From the NCBI GenBank assembly GCA_000830295.1, contig CP010425.1, forward strand, positions 896,001 through 960,000: 64,000 bases of DNA, in the 5' to 3' direction. Of this stretch, positions 29,903 to 39,726 are shown one piece after another (position 1 is the first letter of the stretch; each line of letters begins with the position of its first letter). The notes under the pieces are model-generated. The model worked only from the letters and a program-made list of their open reading frames with translations, was not told where the DNA came from and did not search any database. The translations under genes were made by a program, and so were the position numbers. Source of the stretch: an archaeon GW2011_AR15. GTDB lineage: Archaea; Nanobdellota; Nanobdellia; Woesearchaeales; GW2011-AR15.

Positions 29903-31222
29903 ATGTTTGGATTTTTGAAAGACAAGCTTAAGGAAGCCATTGGCAGGTTTACCAGGAAGGCTGAAGAAGAGGCAAAGGTAGTTGAGGAAACAGAGGAGAT
30001 TAAAGAGAAACCCGTAGAGAAGAAGCCTGCTGAAAAGAAAGAAAAGCCAAAGGAAAAGAAAGAAGAGAAAAAAGAAGAAAAGAAAAAAGAGATTAAGAAA
30101 GGTAAACCAGAGAAGGAAACAACAAAGAAAGAGAAAATTGAGGAAGAAGAAGCTATAGTTCTAAAAGAACCAATCGATGACTCCAAAGAAGAAAAAGCAG
30201 AGGAAGAAAAGAAAGAAGAAAAGAAGGAAAGCTTCTTTGGCAAACTGTTTAGAAAGAAAGAAGCTGAGGAAGTGCCGGCTGGGAAGCCAGGACAGGAACC
30301 AGAAAAGAAAGAAGAGCCCGAGGAAAAAGAGCCTGAGGAGAAAAAAGGATTTTTTGAAAAGATAGCTGAGAGGATTACAAAAGTCTCGCTTTCTGAGAAA
30401 AAATTTGATGAATTGTTCTGGGAGCTTGAGCTTATAATGCTGGAGAATAATGTTGCGGTCGAGGTCATTGAAAAAATCAAGCAGGACCTTAAGAAAGACC
30501 TTGTTGACAAGCTAATCCCAAGGAAAAATCTTCAGGAACAGATTATAGACTCACTGAGGAAATCCATTGAGAGCCTGTTTGATGTTGAAAAGATTGACCT
30601 GATTAAAGAGGCAAAAAAGAAAAAGCCGTATATCGTTGCAATAATAGGCATAAACGGCTCCGGAAAGACAACCACTCTTGCAAAAATTGTCCATCTCCTG
30701 AAGAAGAACAAATTGGAGCCAGTAGTTGCAGCCTGCGATACTTTCAGGGCGGCTGCCATACAGCAGCTTGAGGAGCACACGGCAAAGCTTGGGGTAAAGC
30801 TGATAAAGCAGGATTACGGCTCTGACCCTGCAGCAGTTGCCTATGATGCTATTGAGCATGCAAAGTCAAGAGGGAAGGACGTCGTGCTTATTGATACGGC
30901 AGGAAGGCTTCATTCCGACAAGAACCTGATGCAGGAGCTTGAGAAGATAATAAGGATTTCAAAGCCTGACCTGAAAATATTTGTCGGGGAGAGCATTGCA
31001 GGGAATGACGTTGTGGAGCAGGTGAATTATTTCAATGACAAGGTCGGAATAGATGCAATTATACTTTCAAAGGCAGATACTGATGAGAAGGGCGGAGCTG
31101 CTATTTCTGTTTCTTATGTCTCCGGAAAGCCCATAATGTTTCTTGGCACAGGCCAGGGGTATGATGATCTCGAAGAGTTTGACAAAAAGAAACTTATGAA
31201 GCAGATCGGGCTAATGCAGTAG
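29903..31222 (+). CDS. ftsY: signal recognition particle receptor FtsY
   Basis: MFGFLK start, E/K-rich N-region, GINGSGKTT, DTFRAAA, DTAGR, SKAD..KGG, GTGQ. Confidence 0.95.
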   Translation: MFGFLKDKLKEAIGRFTRKAEEEAKVVEETEEIKEKPVEKKPAEKKEKPKEKKEEKKEEKKKEIKKGKPEKETTKKEKIEEEEAIVLKEPIDDSKEEKAEEEKKEEKKESFFGKLFRKKEAEEVPAGKPGQEPEKKEEPEEKEPEEKKGFFEKIAERITKVSLSEKKFDELFWELELIMLENNVAVEVIEKIKQDLKKDLVDKLIPRKNLQEQIIDSLRKSIESLFDVEKIDLIKEAKKKKPYIVAIIGINGSGKTTTLAKIVHLLKKNKLEPVVAACDTFRAAAIQQLEEHTAKLGVKLIKQDYGSDPAAVAYDAIEHAKSRGKDVVLIDTAGRLHSDKNLMQELEKIIRISKPDLKIFVGESIAGNDVVEQVNYFNDKVGIDAIILSKADTDEKGGAAISVSYVSGKPIMFLGTGQGYDDLEEFDKKKLMKQIGLMQ

Positions 31223-31777
31223 CCATACAATTACATCGCTGAATATGAGGAACCAGATAAGATTGTTTGTTACATTTGCTATACCGTCAGCAGCTGCCAG
31301 CACAAAAGGCTTCATCACAAGGCTGATGAATATGCCTCCGATGTACTGGAGTATGCTTGTTATGAATCCTACTGTCTGAAGGCTTAACCCTGTCATGTAA
31401 AGCGAGATTAAATTTGCTATTACCGACACGCCAACAAAAGCATATGATTCCCATTTCATGCCCTGCCCGGCAAGGACTTTAGGGATTATATAGCCGAACA
31501 GGATAAAAGCGAGGGTGTATGTAATTCCATAATATCTTGTTACCACTATTTCAAAAAAGAAAAGAGGGCTTACATCAATCGGCAGATGGTACAGCTTTGA
31601 ATAGTAAATTATAACAGCATTTATCCCTACAAAAAGCACGTAGAAAGAAGCTTTTTTTGCAAACAGCAGAAGCACCAGAATAAAGGCCACGAGAAGAAAT
31701 AACCTGAACTTCTTTGATTGTATAATCCGTCCTATAGCTAGATTATCCTCTCTTTTGGCATTCCTTCTCCTTTTCAT
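31211..31777 (-). CDS. hypothetical multi-TM membrane protein
   Basis: About 6 TMs; ATGA overlap with the upstream CBS gene stop at 31774-31777. Confidence 0.65.
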   Translation of the reverse strand: MKRRRNAKREDNLAIGRIIQSKKFRLFLLVAFILVLLLFAKKASFYVLFVGINAVIIYYSKLYHLPIDVSPLFFFEIVVTRYYGITYTLAFILFGYIIPKVLAGQGMKWESYAFVGVSVIANLISLYMTGLSLQTVGFITSILQYIGGIFISLVMKPFVLAAADGIANVTNNLIWFLIFSDVIVWLLH

Positions 31778-32292
31778 CTGAACAGTAGGTAATTGAGCAA
31801 GAAGAACAGCGTTACTATGAGAAACAGGATGAAATAAAACCTTGAGTCCCACAGCAGCATCTTGTAGGCACTATAAATCTTGTTCATGCTGTTTATTATG
31901 TCTGTCTGGGATATGACCCCCACCATTTCGCCCTCAGAATTCACAACCACAAGCTTCCTCACTCTTTTTTCCCTCATCAGGTTTCCGGCGCTTAATATTG
32001 GTGAGCCCGGGGAGATAGTCACAGGATTTCTTGTCATGATAGCAGAAACTTTTGTTTTCTTTGGGTCCTTGCCGGGCAGCACAATTTTTTTTGTGAGATC
32101 CCTCTCTGTTACTATCCCGAGGATATGCTTACCCTCAGAAACAACAAGGGTGCTTATTGAATTCTCGCTCATGATTTTGGCTGCTTTGTGCACGCTGTTA
32201 TCCCTGTCAATTCCTATGACAGGCGATGACATGATGTCCATAACTACAACATTTCTTTTTATTTTTGACAGGTTTTTCAGCATGTTTTTCAT
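31774..32292 (-). CDS. CBS-pair protein with C-terminal TM
   Basis: DIMSSPV..GIVTERD and IMTRNPV..GVISQTD. Confidence 0.85.
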   Translation of the reverse strand: MKNMLKNLSKIKRNVVVMDIMSSPVIGIDRDNSVHKAAKIMSENSISTLVVSEGKHILGIVTERDLTKKIVLPGKDPKKTKVSAIMTRNPVTISPGSPILSAGNLMREKRVRKLVVVNSEGEMVGVISQTDIINSMNKIYSAYKMLLWDSRFYFILFLIVTLFFLLNYLLFR

Positions 32293-32367
32293 TAGCCATT
32301 GTAGGATGTTGTATTATAAAAATCTACCTAAAACTATTTAAACTTTGAAGCCAATATCTGGTCTGTC

Positions 32368-33606
32368 ATGCAAAAAAGAGGGACTTCTCAGATAGACTGG
32401 ATTATGAGCCTCGCTCTCTTCCTTCTTTATATAGGGTGGTTTTTTGTCTTCATAAGCCCGCAGATTTCCCTGGGTGCAAACAAGGACTCCCTGATGATAG
32501 TATTGAAAGATAATTTCCATGACCAGTTCAGCTGGGAGCTTGACAAATTCCCTGTCTTTATTGAGTCAGAAAAAAGCGGGCTTTATCCTATAGTATTTGA
32601 TTACAATCCTAATAATTCAGATATACGCTTTCTGGATGGTACAGAATTCGTAATCTGGGACAGCAAGCTCATATTCCAGGCGAACCTCACGCCAAACATG
32701 ACAACATACTGGGTGACAAAAGGAGGCGGCTACAGCCACAATTATGAGTCCACAGGATTTGACCGTGACGAGGACCAGGCCACAGTGGAGAATATGACTG
32801 TAAGATTTGAAAACATGCTCCTGGACTATGTAAATTACAGGAACCAGGAAAAGATAACAGATGTGCAGTACAGGGTAAACAATGAGGCTCTTTTTGCGGA
32901 CAATACAAGCTTTGAAGATTATGGCTTTGCCGCCTTTTACAGGTCAAACAGTGAGATAAACCACACGACGATTGTATTCTCAGGCGGGAAAGAGATATAC
33001 AATTTTGTAAACACTGGTGATGCCGAATATACGCTGGCGCTGGATATTGTCCTCGATGATTACCAGTCTTACTACACTGACAATACTTATTTCGGGAACT
33101 TCACGTATGCAGAAGGGAGTGAGATAATAAATTATACAGCGGACCACGTTACTGTATATGACGGGCATGACCTGCTGTCGATATTTTTTGACAACAATGT
33201 ATCCCTTAACTTCTCAGCCTATAACACGACACTTGATCTTGAGGTAAGAATGCCTCTCACGAACGGCTATGAATACAAATATGTATTCCACGAAGGAGAT
33301 TATGAGAATGTCTCAAGAAGGGAATTTGATTACAGGTATGGGGTCAGCGAAGTGATAACAGGGATAAACCTGGACAACATAACTACCGGTTATGCCTCTC
33401 TCAAGGCTGAGTGGCAGTTTCCCAAAGATTTCAATATCAGGGTATATGAGAACAGCTCGGCATTTATCTATGCTGCTGAGCCGACCTATGAGATAGGGAT
33501 AGAAAGCTCAAGCATAACAAATGTCTATGCGGAAACCGAGGATTCGTTTGCGCTCACAGCAAACGGAAGCCTGATACCGATAAGCGTGAACTACAGGATA
33601 TGGTAA
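32368..33606 (+). CDS. class III (pilin-like) signal peptide surface protein
   Basis: MQKRGTSQIDWIMSLALFLLYI N-terminus; many NxS/T sequons. Confidence 0.6.
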   Translation: MQKRGTSQIDWIMSLALFLLYIGWFFVFISPQISLGANKDSLMIVLKDNFHDQFSWELDKFPVFIESEKSGLYPIVFDYNPNNSDIRFLDGTEFVIWDSKLIFQANLTPNMTTYWVTKGGGYSHNYESTGFDRDEDQATVENMTVRFENMLLDYVNYRNQEKITDVQYRVNNEALFADNTSFEDYGFAAFYRSNSEINHTTIVFSGGKEIYNFVNTGDAEYTLALDIVLDDYQSYYTDNTYFGNFTYAEGSEIINYTADHVTVYDGHDLLSIFFDNNVSLNFSAYNTTLDLEVRMPLTNGYEYKYVFHEGDYENVSRREFDYRYGVSEVITGINLDNITTGYASLKAEWQFPKDFNIRVYENSSAFIYAAEPTYEIGIESSSITNVYAETEDSFALTANGSLIPISVNYRIW

Positions 33607-33989
33607 AAAAAGCATTCATGAAAACAATAGAGATGCTCATAGTTATTGTGCTGAGCGCAATATTCCTTATTATGCTTCTCTCAAAGCCCGCATCTCTAAA
33701 TCAGGCTGAAGTAAAGGACTACTTCATTAAACTTGAGGAAAACGAGGAGTTCCGGCAGTATATCCAGAACACCACAGGATGCTTTAATTCATCAGTGGAT
33801 AGTCCCGCGGCTACGCTTCTCATGAGATATATGACAACAAGCTATGATTATCTCCTCTGCTCTGGCACAGTCGCTACATCTGCACAGCTTCCCCCACAGA
33901 CCGTATATATCGATTCTCTTGTTTTTACTGGCAATTATACAGACACAAGATTCAAGAAACTCTCGTTATATTATTGGCTGAGGCAGTAA
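33600..33989 (+). CDS. pilin-like protein
   Basis: MVKKA/FMKTIE followed by a hydrophobic stretch (class III signal peptide). Confidence 0.6.
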   Translation: MVKKAFMKTIEMLIVIVLSAIFLIMLLSKPASLNQAEVKDYFIKLEENEEFRQYIQNTTGCFNSSVDSPAATLLMRYMTTSYDYLLCSGTVATSAQLPPQTVYIDSLVFTGNYTDTRFKKLSLYYWLRQ

Positions 33990-34030
33990 AAAAATAAGAT
34001 TTAAATATCAGGATATCATTGGACAGCAAT

Positions 34031-34195
34031 ATGGAAAAAATAAAATATGTCTGCACAAGCTGCAATTATGACTTCTCAAGGAAAGAGAATATACGGTTTA
34101 GCAAATGCCCGTACTGCGGCAAGGAAGGCACAGTTGAGGTAAAGAAGGACAATTATGCCTCAAGGCTGCTGAATGAAGTTTCTGACAGCGGATAA
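34031..34195 (+). CDS. small zinc-ribbon protein (54 aa, absent from the ORF track)
   Basis: MEKIKYVCTSCNYDFSRKENIRFSKCPYCGKEG...; TTTAAATA about 23 bp upstream. Confidence 0.75.
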   Translation: MEKIKYVCTSCNYDFSRKENIRFSKCPYCGKEGTVEVKKDNYASRLLNEVSDSG

Positions 34196-34307
34196 TAAAG
34201 TTGCGCGACCCCAGGGGCTATAAGTCTGGTTCTTATGATTATATTGGTAAGATAAAGTATTATATCATAAACACTTAAATATAGGTTTATCCAACTTTCT
34301 GGTTAAG

Positions 34308-35312
34308 ATGGCCAAAATAAAAGCAATAATACCGGTGGCAGGCATAGGCACCAGGCTGAGGCCGCACACGCATACGATTCCCAAGGCATTGCTCCATGTG
34401 GCAGGCAAGCCCATACTCGGCCATATACTTGACCAGGTAAAGGAGCTCGGGATAAAGGAAGTAATACTTATCCTTGGTTATCTTGGAGAGAAGATAGAGG
34501 CGTATGCAAAGAAAGAACACCCAGGGATAAAGTTCCACTTTGCATATCAGGAGAAAGCGCTTGGCCCGGGGCATGCAATATATCTGGCAAAACCCTTTGT
34601 GAAAGATGGGGATCCTCTTCTCATAATTTATGGCGACACTATTTTTGTAGGAGATATGAAGAAATGCCTCAAGACGAAAAAAGACGGGGCAATAGCAGTA
34701 AAGAGGGTCAGTGACCCGAGAAGATTCGGGGTGGTCAGGATGAAAGGCGACAGGGTTGTCGACGTAGTGGAGAAGCCCGATTATGTCAGGCCAATGGATG
34801 CAATGATCGGAATATACTTTATGAGAAACTCAAAGCTGCTGTTTGATGCACTGGATGAGATGGTAGAGACAAAAAGAATGACCAAGGGAGAATTCTATCT
34901 TACAGATGCTTTTAAGATCATGTTGGAGAAAAAAGCCAGCCTCACAACATTCAGGATGGAGGGATGGTTTGACTGCGGGAAGCCGGAAACGCTTCTTTCT
35001 ACGAACAGGTATCTTCTTGGAAAAAAAGGCAATGGGAAGACAAAAGTAGTTGCTGAAAACACTGTCATAATCCCCCCTGTATTCATAGGCAAGAAGGTTA
35101 TGTTAAAGAATTCCATAATAGGACCCTATGTTTCTATTGCCGACGGGGCAATCATAAAAACCTCAATAATAAGGGACAGCATCATAAACAGGAATGCCGT
35201 GATAGAAAATGCCCAGCTTCAGGAGTCCCTGATAGGGGAAAACGCAATTGTCCAGAACATAATAGAGAAGCTCAATGTCGGCGACAATTCAGAAATAAGC
35301 TTTAATTCCTAA
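34308..35312 (+). CDS. sugar-1-phosphate nucleotidyltransferase with left-handed beta-helix C-terminus
   Basis: KAIIPVAGIGTRLRPHT..PK, YGD, VEKP, WFDCGKP. Confidence 0.88.
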   Translation: MAKIKAIIPVAGIGTRLRPHTHTIPKALLHVAGKPILGHILDQVKELGIKEVILILGYLGEKIEAYAKKEHPGIKFHFAYQEKALGPGHAIYLAKPFVKDGDPLLIIYGDTIFVGDMKKCLKTKKDGAIAVKRVSDPRRFGVVRMKGDRVVDVVEKPDYVRPMDAMIGIYFMRNSKLLFDALDEMVETKRMTKGEFYLTDAFKIMLEKKASLTTFRMEGWFDCGKPETLLSTNRYLLGKKGNGKTKVVAENTVIIPPVFIGKKVMLKNSIIGPYVSIADGAIIKTSIIRDSIINRNAVIENAQLQESLIGENAIVQNIIEKLNVGDNSEISFNS

Positions 35313-36253
35313 TATTTCCCAGTTGCCTTCAAATGCTCTATAAATCTTTCTGCTTCTATAGCAGCCATGCATCCTGTTCCTGCTGATGTGACTGCCTGCC
35401 TGAAGACATGGTCCTGGCAGTCGCCGGCAGCATATACTCCCTCAACATTCGTATGGGCCCTCTTATCAGTTATTATGTACCCCATTTCATCAAGCTTGAT
35501 TTTTTTCTCAAATATTTTTGTGTTTGGGATATGGCCGATTGCAAGGAAAAAGCCGTCTGCCTTTATCTCTGCTTCCTGGCCTGTTTTCAGGTTCTTTACT
35601 TTTACTCCTGTGACAAATTTGCCGTCTCCCATAACTTCTTCCACACCAGTGTCCCACTTAATATTCACTTTATCCTTTAGCTTGAATATCCTGTCCTGCA
35701 TTATCTTGCTGGCCCTGAGTGCATCCCTCCTGTGGACCAAGGTAACCTTATCTGCAAACTTGTATAGTGCCATTGCTTCTTCCATTGCAGAATCTCCGCC
35801 GCCAACCAGAACAACCTCTTTCCCTTTATAGAGTGCAGCATCGCACACAGCACATGTTGACACTCCTTTTCCAAAATAAACATCCTCTCCCGGAATCCCC
35901 AAAAGCCTTGGAGAAGCGCCGGTGGATATTATCACTGTCCTTCCCCTGAATTTCCTGTCGTTTGAACCCAGCTCGAAATAATCTTTTTTCTTTTCAAAAG
36001 AATCAACATATACTCCTTCATACTCTGCCCCGAATTTCTGCGCCTGTTTTCGTGTATTCTCCACAAGCACAGGTCCCATTATCCCGTCAGGAAACCCCGG
36101 AAAATTCTCAACTGTGGTTGTCAGGCTCAGCTGGTCAGGGTCATGGCCTGAAAGAACCAGCGGGTTTAATTTTGCCCTTGCAGTATACAATGCTGCAGTA
36201 TGGGCTGATATTCCGCCGCCGATAATTATTACGTCCCTTATTTCTTCTGCCAT
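35309..36253 (-). CDS. trxB: thioredoxin reductase
   Basis: IIIGGG, VENFPGF, GVSTCAVCD, VGGGDSAMEEA, HRRD, AAGD. Confidence 0.94.
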   Translation of the reverse strand: MAEEIRDVIIIGGGISAHTAALYTARAKLNPLVLSGHDPDQLSLTTTVENFPGFPDGIMGPVLVENTRKQAQKFGAEYEGVYVDSFEKKKDYFELGSNDRKFRGRTVIISTGASPRLLGIPGEDVYFGKGVSTCAVCDAALYKGKEVVLVGGGDSAMEEAMALYKFADKVTLVHRRDALRASKIMQDRIFKLKDKVNIKWDTGVEEVMGDGKFVTGVKVKNLKTGQEAEIKADGFFLAIGHIPNTKIFEKKIKLDEMGYIITDKRAHTNVEGVYAAGDCQDHVFRQAVTSAGTGCMAAIEAERFIEHLKATGKY

Positions 36254-36290
36254 AACGACCGAAAATTAAAATCTGTTTAAATATGTTTGG

Positions 36291-36827
36291 TTAGAAAGGG
36301 ACAGCATCGCTGACCATTTTCAGCGCAGAGTAATTTTTTATTCCAGTATGCCTGCCGTAAAAAAATCCTTTCCCTCCAGACTGGCCCAGCACCATACTCT
36401 TAGGGATTTCGCCGGATTTAACAGCGCTTATAACCCCTCTTATGAGTTCAGGCATCCAGAAATCAGCAGGGTGGTCAGAATTCGGCTTTACTTTCCCTAT
36501 TACAGCAGCAAGGACTTCAGCGTCTCTTATGCTTTCCGCCCTTTCTATAATCTCTTCCACAGCATTGTATATCCATTTGTTCCCGTCGTATGTTGTATTC
36601 ATCCCAGGGGTATCGTATTCCGGGAGCCTTATGTCCTTGTTCAGGGAATATGGCTCCAGAAGTTTATCCAGGCTTTCTGTCTCAGCATCAGCTATCGGCA
36701 GCGCCGAATATGTTTCTTCTGTAGAGGATTTGATCATGCTTACCCTGTAGAATCTGTGGTCTACATAAAGGTAAATAGGAAAGTTATTTACAGCATACAG
36801 GTCTGCGACCTGCCATACCTGGGCCAT
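36291..36827 (-). CDS. hypothetical protein
   Basis: 178-aa ORF with a TATA-like tract upstream; no motif recognised. Confidence 0.55.
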   Translation of the reverse strand: MAQVWQVADLYAVNNFPIYLYVDHRFYRVSMIKSSTEETYSALPIADAETESLDKLLEPYSLNKDIRLPEYDTPGMNTTYDGNKWIYNAVEEIIERAESIRDAEVLAAVIGKVKPNSDHPADFWMPELIRGVISAVKSGEIPKSMVLGQSGGKGFFYGRHTGIKNYSALKMVSDAVPF

Positions 36828-36902
36828 ACTTTTCGAGAAGCAGGACTTATTTAAAAAATTTGAGGCTTATTGGCTATCTTAAACCAAAAATACAGTATGA
36901 TA

Positions 36903-37562
36903 CTAGTTTTTCTCTCCCCACTTTGAAATGCCGTGAAGGGCCTGCAGGGCTTTCATCTGGTCGTCTTCGTTGATTATGAAGATATGTTCGCTTCCGCATA
37001 TTACCCCGTCGATAATGCTTATATCGTTAAGCGCAAGCTCGCTTGTCAGCGCAGCGAAAACCCCGGGAGTTTCCTTTACATCCTCAGAGTAAATAATGCT
37101 TATCTCACCTATTTTCTTCTCAATCTCAACAATATCTTTTTTTGTGAAAAGCTCCTCTACTTTTTTGAGGTTGGCCTCATCTATCACTATTTTTACGAAC
37201 TGGCTCACTTCCAGTATCCTCAGAACTTCGCCTTTTGAGAAATCAATTTTATTATATAATTTTATCAGGGAATTCCTTACGTCCATTTCTTTCCTGAAGA
37301 GCACAGAAGCCATTCTTGTTCTTGAGGAGACTTTTGCTCCTGCAATAAGCTTGTACCTTTTCTTTATATACTCTTTTGGCTCTTCTTTTGTTTCGTATCT
37401 CCTTATCGCGCTTATCACAGCATCTATGGAAGATGAAAGCATAAGGTTCTTGTGGATGTACTTTGCCAGCGCCCTTGTATTGATTATTCCTCTTGTGAGG
37501 CCTCTTCTTATGGAAACGTCCTGCTCGATGAAATTTGTCACTTCATTCTGTATATTTGTCAT
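36903..37562 (-). CDS. ACT-domain protein (archaeal regulator-like)
   Basis: GIINTRALA..AIRR N-terminus and TPGVFAALTSELALNDISI ACT motif. Confidence 0.75.
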   Translation of the reverse strand: MTNIQNEVTNFIEQDVSIRRGLTRGIINTRALAKYIHKNLMLSSSIDAVISAIRRYETKEEPKEYIKKRYKLIAGAKVSSRTRMASVLFRKEMDVRNSLIKLYNKIDFSKGEVLRILEVSQFVKIVIDEANLKKVEELFTKKDIVEIEKKIGEISIIYSEDVKETPGVFAALTSELALNDISIIDGVICGSEHIFIINEDDQMKALQALHGISKWGEKN

Positions 37563-37647
37563 ATTTAATAAAAATGTGTCATGATTTAAATATTTATCTG
37601 ATTTGTGTCGTTGCTTTTAAAAAATCTTTTTCTGTTCCTGAAGTGTT

Positions 37648-38307
37648 ATGGATTACGGCTGTTATTATATCACAGAAAAAGGAGACATACCGAGAAATGC
37701 GGAGTGGCTTGTGTTTGACATGGATGGCACCCTCACGCCAGAGTCACTGGATTATCTTGCAGGATTTTTCGGCCTGGAAAAAGAAATAGCTGAAATAACA
37801 GAGCTTGGCATGCAGGGGAAAATTAGATTTGAGGATTCTGTAAGGCAGAGGCTCGGGATCATGAAAGGCATGCACAGGGAAAAAGTAATCATGGCGGGAT
37901 ATGAGATGCCTCTCCAGCAGGGAGCATTGGAACTTATAAGGGAATTAGGGTATGTGACAGCAATAATTACCGGCGGATTTTCAGATATTGCATACACCGT
38001 AGCAAGGAGACTGGGAGCCGATGTATACTGGGCCAATGAGCTTGTCTATGATAACAACAGGACAACTGAGAAATTCCTTATGAATGTCAACGGGAACAAG
38101 CATGATATTATGGATTATATTCTTATGGCTCATGCGCCTGCAAGAATGATCTATATAGGAGACGGCGCAAATGATGCCAAAGCCCTTGCAAAGGCAGATA
38201 TAAGCATTGCCACATACAATGCAAAACAGCCTGCAGTTGAAATCGCCAGATTCCGGCTCCCTACACCTGATTTATATCAGGCAGCAGAAATAATAAGACA
38301 AAATTAA
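37648..38307 (+). CDS. HAD phosphatase, SerB-like
   Basis: FDMDGTL, ITGGF, AN, IGDGAND motifs. Confidence 0.85.
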   Translation: MDYGCYYITEKGDIPRNAEWLVFDMDGTLTPESLDYLAGFFGLEKEIAEITELGMQGKIRFEDSVRQRLGIMKGMHREKVIMAGYEMPLQQGALELIRELGYVTAIITGGFSDIAYTVARRLGADVYWANELVYDNNRTTEKFLMNVNGNKHDIMDYILMAHAPARMIYIGDGANDAKALAKADISIATYNAKQPAVEIARFRLPTPDLYQAAEIIRQN

Positions 38308-38316
38308 AATAAAAAA

Positions 38317-38922
38317 TTAAGCCCCGTCAAACCTTCTTGCAACTTCTTCCCAGTTCACTACATTCCAGAATGCCCCGACATAATCCGGCCTCCTGTTCTG
38401 GTAGTTGAGGTAGTAGGCATGCTCCCAGACATCCAGTCCCAACAGTGGCGTTTTGGCTTCCATTAAAGGAGAATCCTGGTTTGCTGTGCTGTATACTTCT
38501 AATTTTCCTTTGCTGACAACAAGCCATGCCCATCCTGAGCCGAATCTTGTTTTTGCAGCATTTGAGAATTTTTCCTTGAAAGCATCAAAGCTTCCAAAGT
38601 CCCTCACAATAGCTTCGTTTAGTTTTCCAGATGGCTCGCCGCCGCCATCAGGGCCCATTATTGCCCAGAAAAGGTTGTGATTAACATATCCCCCGCCATT
38701 GTTCCTGACAACCATCTTTATGTCCTCTGGCAGGCTGTTAAGGTTTCCTACAATCTCCTCAGCAGACCCTGATATGTTTTTTCCCTGCAGGGCATCGTTG
38801 AAATTTTTTGTGTAGGCAGCATGATGCTTGCTGTGATGTATTTCCATGGTCCTTGCATCTATATGCGGCTCAAGCGCATTGTATGCATATGGTAATTTCG
38901 GTAGTTCAAAAATTTTTATCAC
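38317..38922 (-). CDS. sod: Fe/Mn superoxide dismutase
   Basis: [47 protein letters not shown]; start codon ambiguous (GTG 38922 or ATT 38913). Confidence 0.95.
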   Translation of the reverse strand: MIKIFELPKLPYAYNALEPHIDARTMEIHHSKHHAAYTKNFNDALQGKNISGSAEEIVGNLNSLPEDIKMVVRNNGGGYVNHNLFWAIMGPDGGGEPSGKLNEAIVRDFGSFDAFKEKFSNAAKTRFGSGWAWLVVSKGKLEVYSTANQDSPLMEAKTPLLGLDVWEHAYYLNYQNRRPDYVGAFWNVVNWEEVARRFDGA

Positions 38923-39041
38923 CTCCAGAAATTTTTGAATATTGAAAAGTGGTTTTCATTTTCATAAGCTCAAACATTTTATATCACCCATAAATGGAAA
39001 ATAAGGCTGCTCTTATAAAAGTTATGGAAAGAACTTGCGGC

Positions 39042-39632
39042 CTAGAACGGCTTGCACTTTTCACAAGGTTTGAACTTACCAGAAGCAGCATATCTTTTTG
39101 AGCCTATAACTTTCGTATCTTTCTCGTCTTTGAGCAGCTCGCATCCTTCAGCATGAATAATGTTATCTTTTGTTGAGATATATGATTTTATCTCAACTTT
39201 TTTCGGCTCTTCTTTTGGTTCTTCTGGCTTAGGGCTGTGCATTGGCAAAGGCTGTCCGCTGTCCTCAAATTCAAAACCGTCCTTAGGGGCATTTTTCGGG
39301 ATATATTCTCCTTCCTTCAATCTCATTCTGTGCGCAATAAAGACCAATAGGATGCCCAGCGATAACGCAGCTATGGCAAGATAGCCTGAATATGCAAGAT
39401 ACCTGTTCAGAAGAATCAGGTCAAGCACGTAAAAAGAGACTCCGGCAATTACCAGATAAACCAGCCATGCCCCGATCTTCCAGTAAGGCTCAAGAGCCAG
39501 GAATACGAAAAGCACAACATTGAGGAACAGCAGCCCAAGGCTAAGAGCTGCAGAATCAAAGCCAGATACAAGCAGCAGGGCTGCAAGAAGCTGCAGTACA
39601 AGCACAACAAGTATCTCCCCGGTCCTTTTCAT
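39042..39632 (-). CDS. membrane protein with C-terminal Ada-like His/Cys metal-binding motif
   Basis: 4 TMs, then IIHAEGC..KPCEKCKP. Confidence 0.6.
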   Translation of the reverse strand: MKRTGEILVVLVLQLLAALLLVSGFDSAALSLGLLFLNVVLFVFLALEPYWKIGAWLVYLVIAGVSFYVLDLILLNRYLAYSGYLAIAALSLGILLVFIAHRMRLKEGEYIPKNAPKDGFEFEDSGQPLPMHSPKPEEPKEEPKKVEIKSYISTKDNIIHAEGCELLKDEKDTKVIGSKRYAASGKFKPCEKCKPF

Positions 39633-39726
39633 GACCAGAGAGCAGAATAATAAGCTAAATTTAAAGATTGTGGATGGCAGCTGAAATTCAAAAACCTTAA
39701 TAACCCATTTTTTTTCTTCTATAGCA

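Noticed and set aside
29842-30510. 222-aa minus-strand ORF and apparent GAA/AAA repeats
   Set aside because: Antisense shadow of the E/K-rich FtsY N-region; low complexity, not a repeat array
34196-34300. Possible sRNA or uORF (MIILVR) before the nucleotidyltransferase
   Set aside because: Only weak pairing and no logical link to the downstream gene; compatible with chance
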